Source: Chrysomallon squamiferum | Taxonomy: Eukaryota > Animalia > Mollusca | Assembly (NCBI GenBank): GCA_012295275.1 | Contig: CM022670.1 | Location: 25,544,001 to 25,608,000 of the forward strand | Length of the DNA stretch: 64,000 nucleotides | Direction: 5' to 3' | Shown here: positions 1-13,217 of the stretch, piece after piece | How the letters are laid out: each line of letters opens with the position of its first letter | How positions within the stretch are numbered: position 1 is the first letter of the stretch | The notes under the pieces: generated by a model | The model's input: only the letters and a program-made list of their open reading frames with translations | Told to the model about the DNA's origin: nothing | The model's database searches: none | Position numbers and translations under genes: made by a program

Positions 1-2115
1 GAGCAAATGGAGTAAGCAGACTTTTTCAAAGGATTTTGGCTTTTCATCCAGCTTAATTTGCATCGCAATATTACAATGAACAATATATCATATAAAGCTG
101 AAGGTAATATTTTCTCTTGAAAATTATTTCTTTCAATTTTTACAACCTAGGATAGGACTGTTGATTTTTTTTTACCCTTAAAGTTTAGGGAATATTTGTG
201 GAGTGTTTATATATTTTATATATTTTTTTTTTTTGTAATGTCACTAAACTAGATTTTTTTTAAAAATCACTCTAATTTATATAATAAAATTTTTTTTTTT
301 TTTTTAATTATACCATAAAATTTTATTTTAAAAAGTCACTGGGGATCATCTTTTTATATAATTAATTTTTCTCTTGTTTTTATTTTGTTTTATTATTATT
401 ATTTTTTTATTATTATTTATTATTTATTTATATATTTAGTTGTTTTTATTTATTGTTTAAAAAGAGTATCTTAAATCTTGTAATGTACACTGGCCACGAC
501 ATCATCGTGCAGATGGTTCCTCAGAGTCATGAGTATTTCAAATACTGAAGTAAATTTAAATAAAACTATTTATACAGGATATTTATATACGTATGTGAGT
601 GCATGTGCGTGTTCCTCTGCTTGTCTGAGTGTGTTTTATAATATTTAAACGTATTATTATGGCTTTATAAAACTTTAAGGTTAAAAATTAAAAACATTTG
701 TTTTTACATGATGGCAGGTGGCCAAGTTTCTCGTATGTTATTTATAGATTTTGTTTACTTTGATCTGGATTATGATCGGAAAAATTATTGTATTCAAGCT
801 GGCAAACCGCAAGAAGGGTTCTTGTTCCTAAAACTCGTAACTATCATTTCTCACTAACACATAAATGCTTATATGTAGTGTACGTAATGTATATATTTCT
901 ATAAATTAAAGGTAAACGTAAATTCTTCGCATTGTGGAATTATTTTATAATAAAGTATTGGTTTGAAATCGGTTTAAATTTCTCCGCATATTAAAAAAAA
1001 TAGCCTAGCAGTGAATCATCCGTCTACTTAGATTTTAAAAACTGTTTATATTGGTAAAGAAAAAAGAGTGTTAACGTAACAAACTGTATGCATTATATAT
1101 TATAATCATGGCGTTCTCTTTGGTGTCGTGTTGTTGATGCACAACCACAGGACACAAAAGTGAACGCCTACTTACGTATATAAATTTAGAAGAAAACGAA
1201 AAGGATCACTGAATTGTAGCGAGCTTGCAACGAAGTTTCTAACCAAGCGATGTAACAATCACCGATTTTTTAATTTTTTTTAATCATTTGCTTACGCGAG
1301 ATATTGCACGTAATTTCAAACAAATGCAACATTCTATAAAACAAATCGAATTATTTCAAGTTTTGCGACGTCTTTTATTATGAGAAGTGATTACTAATCG
1401 CATGAAAACCAAAATTATCTTTCTTACTTTGTAATCAAATTTCTTTCACGAGCAAGTAAATTTCCTTACGTTTTTGTTAATTTTCGTCTTTCGCTCTCTC
1501 AAGTTTCTTTCAAACTAAAGATTAAGGAAAAACTGTTGTAGAAAACTAGGCTTTTAAGATGTTGTTGTTTTCAGTATGATACAATCTCAGGCAACAAGTC
1601 GATGTATATATGTCAAGAATGCCCGTAAAGATTAACTTGTATATTATGTACATTCTGTGATGTCGATTATTTTACTTATAAAATAAATAAATAAATAAAC
1701 AAAGTAATTAAGTATAAAAATAATAATTATAATAAACGGTATCTGTAACAATGAATAATAATTATAATAAAAGGGTATCTGTAACAGTGACACTATTCAT
1801 AATAAAATATCATTAGTTATATAATTATGAAAAGAAAAAAGGTTTATAAAATAAATCATTTTAGAACTCTATATTATCGTATTGTTTAAAATGAATATCT
1901 TAAATCTTGTAATGTACACTGGCCAGAACATCATCATGCAGATGGTTCCTCAGAGTCATCAGTATTTCAAATAATGAAGTAAATTTAAATAAAACTGTTT
2001 ATTTACACAATATATTTATATATGTATGTGAGTGCATGTGCGTGTGCATGTGTGTTTCTGAGTGTGTGTGATAATATTTAAACGTATTATTATGGCTTTA
2101 TAAAACTTTAAGGTA
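1..2115. repeat. Segmental duplicate of 18972-20905 (region upstream of a minus-strand GT31 gene)
   Basis: Window start GAGCAAATGGAGTAAGCAGAC recurs at 18972 and stays colinear for ~2 kb with small indels. Confidence 0.9.
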
Positions 2116-2522
2116 GAGAATTAAAAACATTTATTTTTACATGATGGCAGGTGGCCAAGTATCTCGTATGTTATTTAAAGATTTTGCTTACATTGATCTG
2201 GATTATGACCGGAATAATGATTGTATTCAAGCTGGCAAACCGCAAGAAGGATTCTTGTTCTTAAAACACGTCACTGTCATTTCTCACTAATACATAAATG
2301 CTCATTTGTAGGCCAAGCTACATCTTCATAACGCAGTGGACTGTATTCTCACTCGTAGAGTTAATTGTATAATAATTAATGTTACTTGTTTGATGGTTAA
2401 TATATCCTGACAGCTGACACAAAAGTGGAATATTCTGAATATTACAACGGTCAGTATATCACAACAAAAATTCACACGAAAGCAAAATAGTAGAGTAAAG
2501 CCTTCAACACACGACACATACA

Positions 2523-2580
2523 CAGGCTGAGGATCCCATATCCAAAATCCAAACATCAGAAAAGCTCCGAAATCCGGGAT
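2523..2580. mobile_element. Truncated left end of the Tigger/MER46-like MITE
   Basis: CAGGCTGAGGATCCCATATCCAAAATCC...GCTCCGAAATCCG matches the start of the element at 31700. Confidence 0.7.
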
Positions 2581-2842
2581 AAAATAATTTATATTTTCTA
2601 TGGATACGTGCACTTTTTTCCCTATTTTGTATGTATAGAGTGTATATGTATGTAAGTACCTACGTAAACATGTATGTATGTATGTATGTATTTGCGAGGC
2701 TTTTCTGTATTTATACACACGTGTGTATTTAAGCACTAACATGATAAGATCTTAGTCAAACTCCTCCTTTATTTTTTGCACAATAAATTTAATTACAGAT
2801 TAATATTTTGTATGAAATAACTACTGATAAACTAAAATAGAC

Positions 2843-3009
2843 GCATGAACAAAGTGTTCGACCTTCAGGTTGGAGAAGGGTGCGAAAATCACACTGATAT
2901 TTTATACAATGTGGATATTAATTCACTACTTATTTGTCCTTTCATTACGCTGAACGATGACGAGGTCATTCTGCCTTCGTTAGACCTAAACGCTTCCACT
3001 CTCACACTC
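2843..3009 (+). pseudogene. Fragment of exon 2 of the SMB-7TM receptor
   Basis: MNKVF...DINSLLICPFITLNDDEVILPSLDLNASTLTL matches 38433-38599. No flanking exon context. Confidence 0.9.
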
Positions 3010-3029
3010 TGTGCGCGTATATATGTATA

Positions 3030-3077
<48 letters not shown>

Positions 3078-3079
3078 AG

Positions 3080-3145
3080 GAAAATCAGTTATTCTAAAGA
3101 TTACATCTTGAGTGGAATGACTTTCACGCGCGGGGCTGTGCTGCA
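3080..3145 (+). pseudogene. Fragment of LRRC74-like exon 8 with its (ATT)n acceptor
   Basis: cag|GAAAATCAGTT..AAGATTACATCTTG.GTGGAATG.CTTTCACG.GCGGGGCTGTGCTGC matches 46455-46520. It carries an in-frame TAA. Confidence 0.85.
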
Positions 3146-3753
3146 TTTATTTATTTACTTATTTATTAAAATTATTTATTTCTTTATTTATTTTAAAAAT
3201 ACATTTTTAAAATAACTAGGATATTGAGGACGTCCATGGGAGAGTAAAATGACACGTGTATTTCCACACACGATGAAATATGTGAATACACGGGAAGTTT
3301 AGAAACACACATTTGTCATTCAAGTAACCTATCCACTGTAAAATTTTATTGTAATTTTATTTAAAGATCTTTTCACCTGTTCGGAAATCTCATTTTATAA
3401 ATGCATCATATACATAAAGCACATCTCAGAAACCACATCCCATGTACAAAAAAATCGACTGCGCCTTTTTTGAATAATAAATTATTATTCTTGGGGAAAA
3501 AATAAATAATATTTAAAAAATAACACTAATAACAACAACGATAACAGGAACAACAACAGTAGCAGCAACAACAACAACAACAACAACAACAACAGCAGCA
3601 GCAACAGCAACAACAACAACAACAACAACAACAATAACAATAATAATAATAATAATAATAAAACAACTTCCTAAATCACAGCAACACAACAATAATAATT
3701 ATAGGATAATGAAATATTTATCTGATTAGAAATCTAAAATAAAATTAAGGTAA

Positions 3754-4004
3754 ATTTTCGAAAGAAAGGTCCTAGTACCATTGTAAGAGGAGTGAACAAA
3801 TGGCACGTGGAGGAAAACAAATTTCGGGATTATGCGCATTATCCTACCAACTACTGTAATGGCTATTTTGTATTGATACCACGTGACACCATACGGCCAT
3901 TGTATCGAACATCATAATTTACTGCCTTCTTCTGGGTTGTCGATGTTTACCTGTACGGGTTACTTCCAGATAAAATGCTTATGTTCACTATGAAGATATC
4001 TGTT
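3754..4004 (+). pseudogene. GT31 fragment, subfamily B
   Basis: FRKKG..IVRGVNKWHVEENKFRDYAHYPTNYCNGYFVLIPRD..FFWVVDVYLYGLLPDK is paralogous to ~24047-24297. It is truncated at both ends and frameshifted. Confidence 0.85.
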
Positions 4005-4951
4005 TGTTTTTTGTTAATTCTAAATACTCTTTGATACTGAAGATGAGAGGAACTATGATAATTATACTGTAACTCTTACTATACGGCGGCAATAAATATA
4101 TATAGAGACTTCATTTGTTTTGCTCTTCAACAATGAGATAAAAAATATTAATAATAAATTGTTGGGCTATTCAAGGTTTATAGAATCTGAGAAAACATAT
4201 GTAATAGTGACAATAAAGAAATCATGTTTTGATTATGTTTTATATTATGGTTGAAGTATTTTTGTAAACAGTTATTGCGATTTAAATTATGTTACAGAGA
4301 TAACAGACGTTTTCTTTTATAGGCCTCTTAATGCGTCGATAAAAGTCACTCTAACTTGCACAGCTGCCATAATGTTAAATGTGAAATAGTTTTCCATTTT
4401 GATATAAAACTTTATATAGATTAAACTGGGAAAAGAACCAATGCACCAGCGCCTGCTCAGTATAAGTGAAAGATACATTTACTATCCCAAACAGTAAATT
4501 GGTAGATCATAATACGAGTAAAGAAACAAAAAGCAAAAAACGCACAGATACTTACTCAAGAATTGAAAGCGTAATTACAAATTCTACCCAGGACAGTAAT
4601 CACGTAACTTTCATACCACAGAGCAGAACATGCAAACCAATTAGATCTGTGTACTACAGGGCTCTCATCTGGTTGTTAACAAAAAAATTAATTATGTCTT
4701 CCCGGGACTTTTATAATTCTACGTCCCGGTAAAAAAATAAAATAGGTTTGTCAATACCGCAAAATACCTGTTGTGGCTGTTTTCAAAGGATTCAGAGTAA
4801 GTGTGAACAGATTAATATTTTGCATTTCATTCATATTTCGTTTAAGAAAACACAACCGCCAGCAACAAAAGCATTAATAATAAAAATATTTAAAAGAGAA
4901 AGGTAATCCCACGCCCTTTAAACATGTTATCAGAAACATAATATTTTTGAC

Positions 4952-5053
<102 letters not shown>

Positions 5054-5178
5054 TCATATGAATACTTATTTTAACCACACATTTATATTAACAATTATTA
5101 AATGTCATATATTCTCTGAAATATAATAATAACAAAATGATTTAATTTTAATTTTTTAATTTAATTGTTTTTAATAAT

Positions 5179-5580
5179 TAGAGTATTATTATCAAAAATA
5201 TTATGTACAGTCTGTTATGTACTCCTATTTCTTTCCCACTGTGGAAGTAACATTTTTCATTATAAACATATGTTTACCTTGTATATAACAACGTTCTGTA
5301 TCTTTGTTAACATAAAACGTATATATTAATTGTTTATGATATTATATTTGTTATTTAGTCACAGATATGTACTGAAATTATGTGCTGAAAAAATCATTAG
5401 TGCACAAAATTCCATTTTTAAAGTTCGATTAAACAGCAGAAATAAACCGTTCAAATATGTGTTATTTTCATAGAGCAAATGAAGTTTCGCAATGTGTATA
5501 TAAAATACACAGCTCAGTACAAGCACATTATGATGCAATTTGATATTTCTTTTGTGTTGCTCGAAAATATATATATTTGT
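5179..5580 (-). pseudogene. Near-empty GT31 subfamily A locus (CDS deleted)
   Basis: The 3' flank and last codons (TTTCCCACTGTGGAAGTAACATT = NVTSTVG on minus, 5232-5254) join directly to the upstream block found at ~15065-15430 in the intact copy. Confidence 0.75.
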
Positions 5581-5954
5581 TAAATCAACCAAGAAAAGAA
5601 ATTCAATATATTAACCTTAATTAGTGATTATTCATCAATGAGAGAGCTTGAGTTAAAAGAAGATAAGTTAATGTACATGTTTTTACATTGCATGTAGTAA
5701 ATTCGCGAAGCTAGAAAAATGATATCTACTCAGAATCTATTCCTTTTCTGTTCTCATATCACACAAAATTAGTATCTCCATCGTAGGCATTTTATAATAG
5801 GAAGTGCTTGTTCTACTCGGCATCACTACCCTACCTGTTCAACAGTCGAAGCCATATCCACACTTACTTACCATCTGCAAAGGGGTGAATTACATACTAA
5901 CTACCAGAGTTATAATGAAATACTGTCTGAAGCCGTAGTAAAGAAAGTATTTGA

Positions 5955-6310
5955 AACCCTCTCGTCCTTATCAGTTTATATGCTCTGAACGGTTGCCTTG
6001 TAGAAACTTGTATTGTTATTTTGGACAGTGCACAGACATATTACGTATTTTCTAGTTCAGAATAATGCATTAAATTTGAAGATAACAGTGGCAAGAAAAA
6101 AATATTATAATTATTATGCCGTAATGGTTTTGAAATATCATATAACCCTCTCATCCTTATCACTTTAAATGTTGGGAACAATTGCCTTGTAAGATCTTGA
6201 TTTCTTATTTTGAACAGTCGCAGACATATTACCTATCTTCCATTTCAGAATAATACATTAAATTTAAAGATAACAGTGGCAAGAAAAAGATATAATAATC
6301 ATTATGCCGG
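5955..6310. repeat. Diverged two-copy tandem repeat, period ~189 bp
   Basis: AACCCTCTC.TCCTTATCA...GATAACAGTGGCAAGAAAAA..ATTATGCCG occurs at 5955 and 6144. Confidence 0.8.
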
Positions 6311-6599
6311 TATGTTGTTTGTTTTGTAATACCATATATATCTTAATAATATTTTAAAATACATAAATATTCAGAAGTGGTAGTATGATACATTTAAACT
6401 CTTTCAAAGTACTCTGAATTGATACCAGTAGTGATTAATCAATTTGAAAATACCAGCTGTCCAATTTATTTGTATGTAAAGTATCTTGAGTATCTATTAT
6501 TTGAGGCACGAATAGAGAAAACAGTGTATAAAAGGTAATCAGCCAACGAGAGTTAGGTGATCTAGTTTTGTTAATTTCATATGATACATTATATTTTAG

Positions 6600-6990
6600 C
6601 CCTTCATGATGTCATGAAGGTTTAAGCTCACTATGCCCGCCGTGTGTGGCGATTAGAAAAGAATTTAGTGATACGGCTGAAGGTTTTAATCGCTATAGTC
6701 AGTTTCATTAAAGTGAACAATTACTCAGAATCCAAGCCGATCTAGAAGATCCACTAGTTTTAAGGTTTGCGGAGTATGTCACCGAACAGTGGATTAAACT
6801 TCCCGGTAGAAAAGTCTGGAACCATTTCAAAGCAAATGGTGCCAGTACTACGAATCACGTTGAGGGATGCCATTCAAAACTGAAGACGATGGGCAGCAGT
6901 CATCCCACCATTTTTAAATTCATAGATGTGATTAAGAGAGAACAGGCCTTTGTTTAAGCTACAATTTTACAGTTAAAATATGGTAGGAAT
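6600..6990 (+). mobile_element. Decayed MULE/MuDR transposase fragment
   Basis: Translates as HYARRVWR ... LRFAEYVTEQWIK...VWNHFKANGASTTNHVEGCHSKLKTMGSSHPTIFKFIDVIKREQ. This matches the MULE HxxxxxWR and RTNNxxEGWH..HPxIxxF motifs, with stops and frameshifts. Confidence 0.85.
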
Positions 6991-8259
6991 GTTGGCAACT
7001 TGACTTTGAAATACGCCAACAGCAAATTCTCCTCTAGACAGGACAGAAAACTGTAATAGAATATGCTGATTCCGTCTCCCATATTTTTGCACTGGGAGAT
7101 AAACTATATTGCAATCCTGTATTGTTTCATTGTTTACTGTACTTGTCTGCTTCAGTAATATACAACAATAGGAGCGGACACAGTGAAGTGATCCCATGAT
7201 GAAGACCCTGCAATCTGACTTGCTACATGTTTTATTTGTGCTTTAGAGCTTTATATATCACGGAAAATTATTTAGTACTACATATACATTATGTCAGAAG
7301 CAATGATAAATCAACATCATCTTCAAATACTTTGAATACGTCTGTACATACATCAATACACACATATATTTATATACACGCACACACACACAGATGCATG
7401 AATACATACATACAGACATCCATACATACATACATGCATGCATTCATACACACATGCATACATGCGTTAACACTCATTGTAACGTTGAATATAACCAAAA
7501 GCCTAAGGCCTATCTTCATTTTGCATTATATTGAAAATAAATTAACTAATTTCAGTTCAGTGTGAAACATCAATTATAGACTGTTGTATCCCATTCAACA
7601 ATTTTAAATGACTGTGAAAATTTCATTAACCGTCTGTTGATATTTTCAAAGGAGATCGATAAGAAGAAATAAATAATATCTACCGTATTTCTTCTTTTCT
7701 TTTTGAAGAACAACGTGTCTTATATCCTTTATTAACTTTGAGCATTTCGGCCTAAAAATATACCTTTCACAAATAATAGGAAAATAAATTAAAAAAGATA
7801 AAATATATTTGACAAATACGGTTTAAATAATTGTTCTGCATCCCGTCCTTAGAGACGTATCTTTTATTTACAGATATAGGAATCTATCAATAGTAAATTA
7901 TAAAACTAATAAAGCATACATAATGTTACTACTGTAGAGCTCTAGCAAACATTACATAAACAATTATTATTTAATACATTTATATTATAATAAAATTCCA
8001 CGATTTGTATCGGTATCAGTATTGAACGTTTTATCTCGATACTGCAATGAAATGTCTGTACAAGAGTTATCATTATGTGCCGAGTCCCGACTCTCACAGT
8101 AACTCAAACAAAATTGTATTTTAAACCCTATTCCATCGCAAAAAGAAAATACTGAGATCTCACTGTATAGTTAATAACTGGAAAACAAATATTCACTGAT
8201 CTAGCGTATAATTAGCGTAACATTCAAAATATATATGCTACAGTCAATATATCAAATTA

Positions 8260-10775
8260 GTCATTTGGCCTAATGCCTGAAGTGTTTAGGCATTCAGCCT
8301 CACGCCCAAGACCGTCAGATTTTCCAGGAATTTGGCCAAACGACTGAAATAGACCTTTAGTCATTAGCACAATGACCGAATGAAAAAGAATGACTTACAA
8401 TTGCATGAAAACATTTATTTCGAAACACATCAAGTAGTGTTTTATTTATTACAGCAGTTCAAACTTGAGTGATATCTTGAAATGCACAAACGATTGTTCT
8501 TGAAACATTTACATGGTTTTTTTGAGACCTCTTTGTCCTCCCACAGTTGCATTCACAAACCCTTGGCCTCTTGCGGACGACGCCTATGACACTGTGCATT
8601 CTCTGTTCACATCATCCAACAATAGTAGTCTCTGGGGACACACATCAAACTGGTTACTGGAATTTGCCTTTCAGAATTCTGGACTGGCATGCTGTGGTAT
8701 ATAGTATCCATTGTCATCAACATCTACAATCACTCCCAGCAGGTTCCTGAGATCACCACGCTCTCTGTTCACTGCTGGATCAAGCACTGCCATATTGTCT
8801 CATTCTTCTCCGGTCATCACAACACCACTGCGTTTAATAATCCGCTCGGCTTGCTGAATGTTTGCAAAAGACTTCATGAGGTAGTGAAGATGATGTCAGT
8901 TAACAAATACCTGCATCCTAAAGAGAGCTGAATACGGTGATTGCTTGATGACATCACTACAGCTTGAGTTCTTCCTGAATTGAATAAACTGACGAAGGTG
9001 TCTTCAAAATGGTCTGAATGAAGTTCCTCAGGTAGTTGCCCTTGCAGAAGCTCAAATGATTTAGTAACATCAGAAAGTGGCACAAATGCTAAATCTGATA
9101 GCATCCGCAATTGAGACAGAAACGGCAGCATCTGTTGCATAGTACTGGCACACGACGATACACACAGTGATAGATGCAACCCTGTAGTTCACTATCTGTA
9201 AATGTGGCTATGTCGATAAACAAACAAAACCAAGAATAATTTATTGTTTTCACTGTTCCCAAATTTAAGAAATGTTTGGCCCCTTCAAAAACCTTATTAA
9301 TGACCCAAATATTGAACCTTTTTGTATTGTCTGCTGCCTTATTATTTACAGTTCACGCTGACGTCACATGTTGGTAGGGTCAAAGTATTGCTATTTACAC
9401 AACACAAAAGTTTAAAACAAAATCAATAAAATTTTAAAAATCAATAAAAATTTCTTGTAGGCCGTTAGCAAGGATTTGTTGTGGCTCCTTCCATTGTCTC
9501 TACATCCCTGCGTTTTATAGAAAACCTAACGTGTAACACTTCAGTTCTACCAACAACTGGTGCATGAATATGTTCACTGGCATTAGCAATGATTTCTCCA
9601 TTTAAAATTTTAACTTTAGCTTTCATTGTTCACTGTTATGATTGCCTTTTTGCATAATTCACACTCATAAGACACTACACCATTTACTTAACATAGACAT
9701 AGCCATCATGAATCAACATGTTTTTACCTCGAGTAGACGTAACCGTATCCATGATGGATGATAACATTTGCAAGTGCACCAGTGCAATTAAAGTCTGGAT
9801 TTTGATCTTTCTTTTGATGTTCTTTTTTGCTGGATATGATTTGTTTGAGGATGAGGCCAGTTCTAAATCTGTTAGCAAAACTTTGACTATTTTTTTAATT
9901 TATTTTTTTTACTTTAGATAACAATTACTGAAGTTGAGCAGTTAACAGTATTGGTTTAGGTTTTTTATTCAGTTAACTGGAGATTAAAGAGAACCATACT
10001 CAGGCCATAAGATATTTGACATTTTAAAACAGGTAGGAAAGGGGGTATTGTCATGCAAGAAAAACAACAGGGACGAAATGACCGGGGGAAATATCTGGGG
10101 AGGGGGCGGGAAATGCCATGACATTGTATTTTACATTATGGAAAAATAATTGGGTGACTTTTGTTAGGAAAGCTTTATATGAAACGGGATTGTGATACAT
10201 ATGGATAGAGAATAATACGTGCATAATTAAGTAAATAATATATGAACAAGCAAAGGAGAATCTTTCAGTTCAGCTAAATACATCTGAGAAATGTGATAAT
10301 TTATATAAATACATTACAGATGGTGTAACAATTCAGTTTTATTTAGTTAAATCTATAACAATGATTTATAAAATTGAGACTGGGAGATGTAGGGAAAATG
10401 AGAGAGGAGAAATAATATATATATTAGGTAAGACTGGTAAGACTGAAGATGAGACTGAAAATAAGAAATCACTGAGCAATGCAGAAATGGATATAATTTA
10501 TGAGCTATATTATTTAGATATAATTTATGTGCTATATTATTTATATTCTCCAAAGTTTTTCTTTTTTATCACTATTTGTACGTCTTTCATTTTTTTTATT
10601 CAATTCTATATCAGTAAGCTGTAAAGCTTACAACAATAAGAATTGAACTGAACCACTAATTCTTACAATGAACAGATGTAAGCAAAGCATTAAAGCCATT
10701 TGACTGAATTGCTATCAGGCAGAATGTCAAACAACACCAACCAAAATCCAGACATTTGGCCTAATTCCTGGAAAT
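8260..10775 (-). mobile_element. Decayed FLYWCH-MULE (Phantom-like) DNA transposon
   Basis: Minus strand 9753-9480 reads MDTVTSTRGKNMLIHDGYVYV...KAKVKILNGEIIANASEHIHAP (FLYWCH-like). 9120-8990 reads LRMLSDLAFVPLSDVTKSFELL..HFEDTFV (MULE). A 19/20-nt inverted repeat links 8321-8340 and 10755-10774. Boundaries are approximate. Confidence 0.75.
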
Positions 10776-11078
10776 GCTCAATGCTTGTTTTTGTTTTTGT
10801 TTTTGTTGTTATTGTTGTTGTTTTCCAATTTTCACACCACAAGGGTTCTATTTTAATATTTGAGAACACATGTAGTAGCGTGATGAATATTTTGTAACTG
10901 AGATCTCGATAGAGTAAGATAGGTATTAATAATTAAATACCTATATTTCACAATAGTAACTATTAAAATAAAAATCCTTCTGTTCAGCTCCGATATACAT
11001 ATTCTCATCCGCAATAATGATCCTTGCCTGTGTACGTAATTTATTCTTTACTGTCCCACATTTGGAGTAACATATGAA

Positions 11079-11326
11079 AAGGAAGGAAATGGTGTGTTAT
11101 TTAATGACACACTTAACATCTGTAATCAGCAATTGTATAATGTGATATATGCAGTAAACAACTACATTTATAATAATAAGAAAGATACTCTTTTTCAAAG
11201 GATTTTTAAAAATTATTTTATTTTATTTTTTCTACTTTTGTGGTGTATATTCATTCCCATAGATAGAAACATACCATGGTATTTGATATACAAGTGTTGT
11301 GGAACACAGGGTGGAACGGGGAACAG
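11079..11326. mobile_element. Degenerate gastropod-type SINE-like repeat
   Basis: AAGGAAGGAAATG..TTATTTAATGACACACTTAACA ... TCCCATAGATAG.AACATACCATGG.ATTTGATATAC.AGT..GTGGAACAC.GGGTGGAACG resembles, from memory, an abundant gastropod SINE. Confidence 0.45.
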
Positions 11327-12537
11327 AGTAACGCGAAATGTTAAGACAGTTATTACTGGTTTGTGAAAAATCTGATCCAGTTTATGAAAAGCATATTAAA
11401 GTTACTTTTATCTTATGTCCAGTAGCTATACAGTAACTAAAATCTGTGAATGTTATTGAATTTAATATTCTGTAATTTTTGTTTTCCTTTGTTTTCTTAG
11501 TGATTAAATAAACAGGTATAACATCATTTTATAATATTATTATTTATGGTACTAATATTATCCTGTCGTATGTATATTTACGAGTTACTGCCGTTCTTAA
11601 TTTTAGATATATATATATAGAAAAGAGATGTAATAAATAATAATATGCAATATGTAATACATTACATACGAATAGCTTTTTGCGTTATTATGACTAATAT
11701 ACTGAAGTGTACTGAAATAATTTAACTGTTATATTTCATTTCATATTTATATCATTAAATCACGTATAAACCTTTATATTTGTTTTATTGTTTTGTTTTC
11801 TTTATATTTATTTTTAGCAGACAATGTTGAAACGTCTAATCGCTTCAAATCGATATATAACTTAAAAGTTCAATGTTAAAAAAAAGTGTTCTTATATGTA
11901 TTCTGAGTAAAAGGGGAAAAATAAAGAGAGAACAATACTGAATTTAATTTATTTAAATTTATTTAGTGCGAATCTTTTATTTATTTATTTATTCTGAAGT
12001 TATTTATCACTTTATTTTTATGACCATGATATTCAGGAAGTCCATGGGAGTGTAAAATGACACCTGTAAGTCCACCCACCATGTCTCTGATTAACCTATG
12101 AAATATGTGAATGCACGGGAAGTTTAGAAACACACGTTCCTCACTCAAGTAACTTATCCACTGTAGAATTTTATTGTAATTTTATTTAAAGATCTTTTCA
12201 CCTTTCGGAAATCTCATTTTATAAATACAGCATATACACAAAGCACTGGAGATACGTAACGATATCTGCGGATTGTACATTAAAACATCTAAGAACACCC
12301 CCCACACACACACACATATATATATAAGAAATTAAAAAATATATATCTGCTACGCGAAGTCAACCTAAAAAAAATTGGTTTTGAAGTCAAAGGGAGTGAA
12401 CTCCTGAAATCAACAAAAGCTGATGTCTGCGCCTTTTCGAAATAATATAAATGATTATTCTTGGGGAAAAACAATAAATAAATAAAATAAAATAAAATAA
12501 AATAAAATAAAAAAAAATAAATAATAATAACAACAAC

Positions 12538-12577
<40 letters not shown>

Positions 12578-12621
12578 GTAATAACAATAATAATACCGTC
12601 AGGATTCTCAACAGCGCTTTA

Positions 12622-12793
<172 letters not shown>

Positions 12794-12914
12794 TTAAATG
12801 ATCCTAAATGATAATTATCAGCACTTCTAATGAAAACTGATACTATATCAACTACTACAACAATTATTGTCACATTATATTTTTCATCTAATAATTAAAT
12901 CTGTTATTTGCAGG

Positions 12915-13167
12915 GATTCTATTGCGAAGATAAAAATGAACAATTCTACTACTTCATACAAAATGTACAGCCTGAAACAGTTCAGATCGAAGGAGTTTAT
13001 ATACTACTCGACCCCTTATCTAATACTTGTTATAACATTTTATTATATTTATGTGACAAGTCTGCAGTATAGGAACCTGGCATTAACGATATTTAACAAT
13101 ACGTATCTTGTCTTGAAAAGCGCGGTTGAGAATCCTGACGGTACTATCGATGTAGTTTTAAATGTTA
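12915..13167 (+). pseudogene. Orphan exon fragment of an unidentified type-II membrane protein (copy 1)
   Basis: A ttgcag acceptor precedes MYSLKQFRSKEFIYYSTPYLILVITFYYIYVTSLQYRNLAL..VLKSAVENPDGTIDVVLNV. It is cut by the GT31 3' flank. Other copies are at 22841 and 55464. Confidence 0.5.
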
Positions 13168-13217
13168 GAACAAGAGCATTATTATCAAAAATACTATGTA
13201 CAGTCTATTATATATTC

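Noticed and set aside
2326-2742. 138-aa minus-strand ORF
   Set aside because: It runs through a microsatellite, a MITE end and the core block, and the frame is not kept in paralogs.
5955-6310. Tandem repeat as Cys-rich coding repeats (PYQFICSERLPC / PYHFKCWEQLPC)
   Set aside because: The frames close quickly and the later cysteines are not kept between copies.
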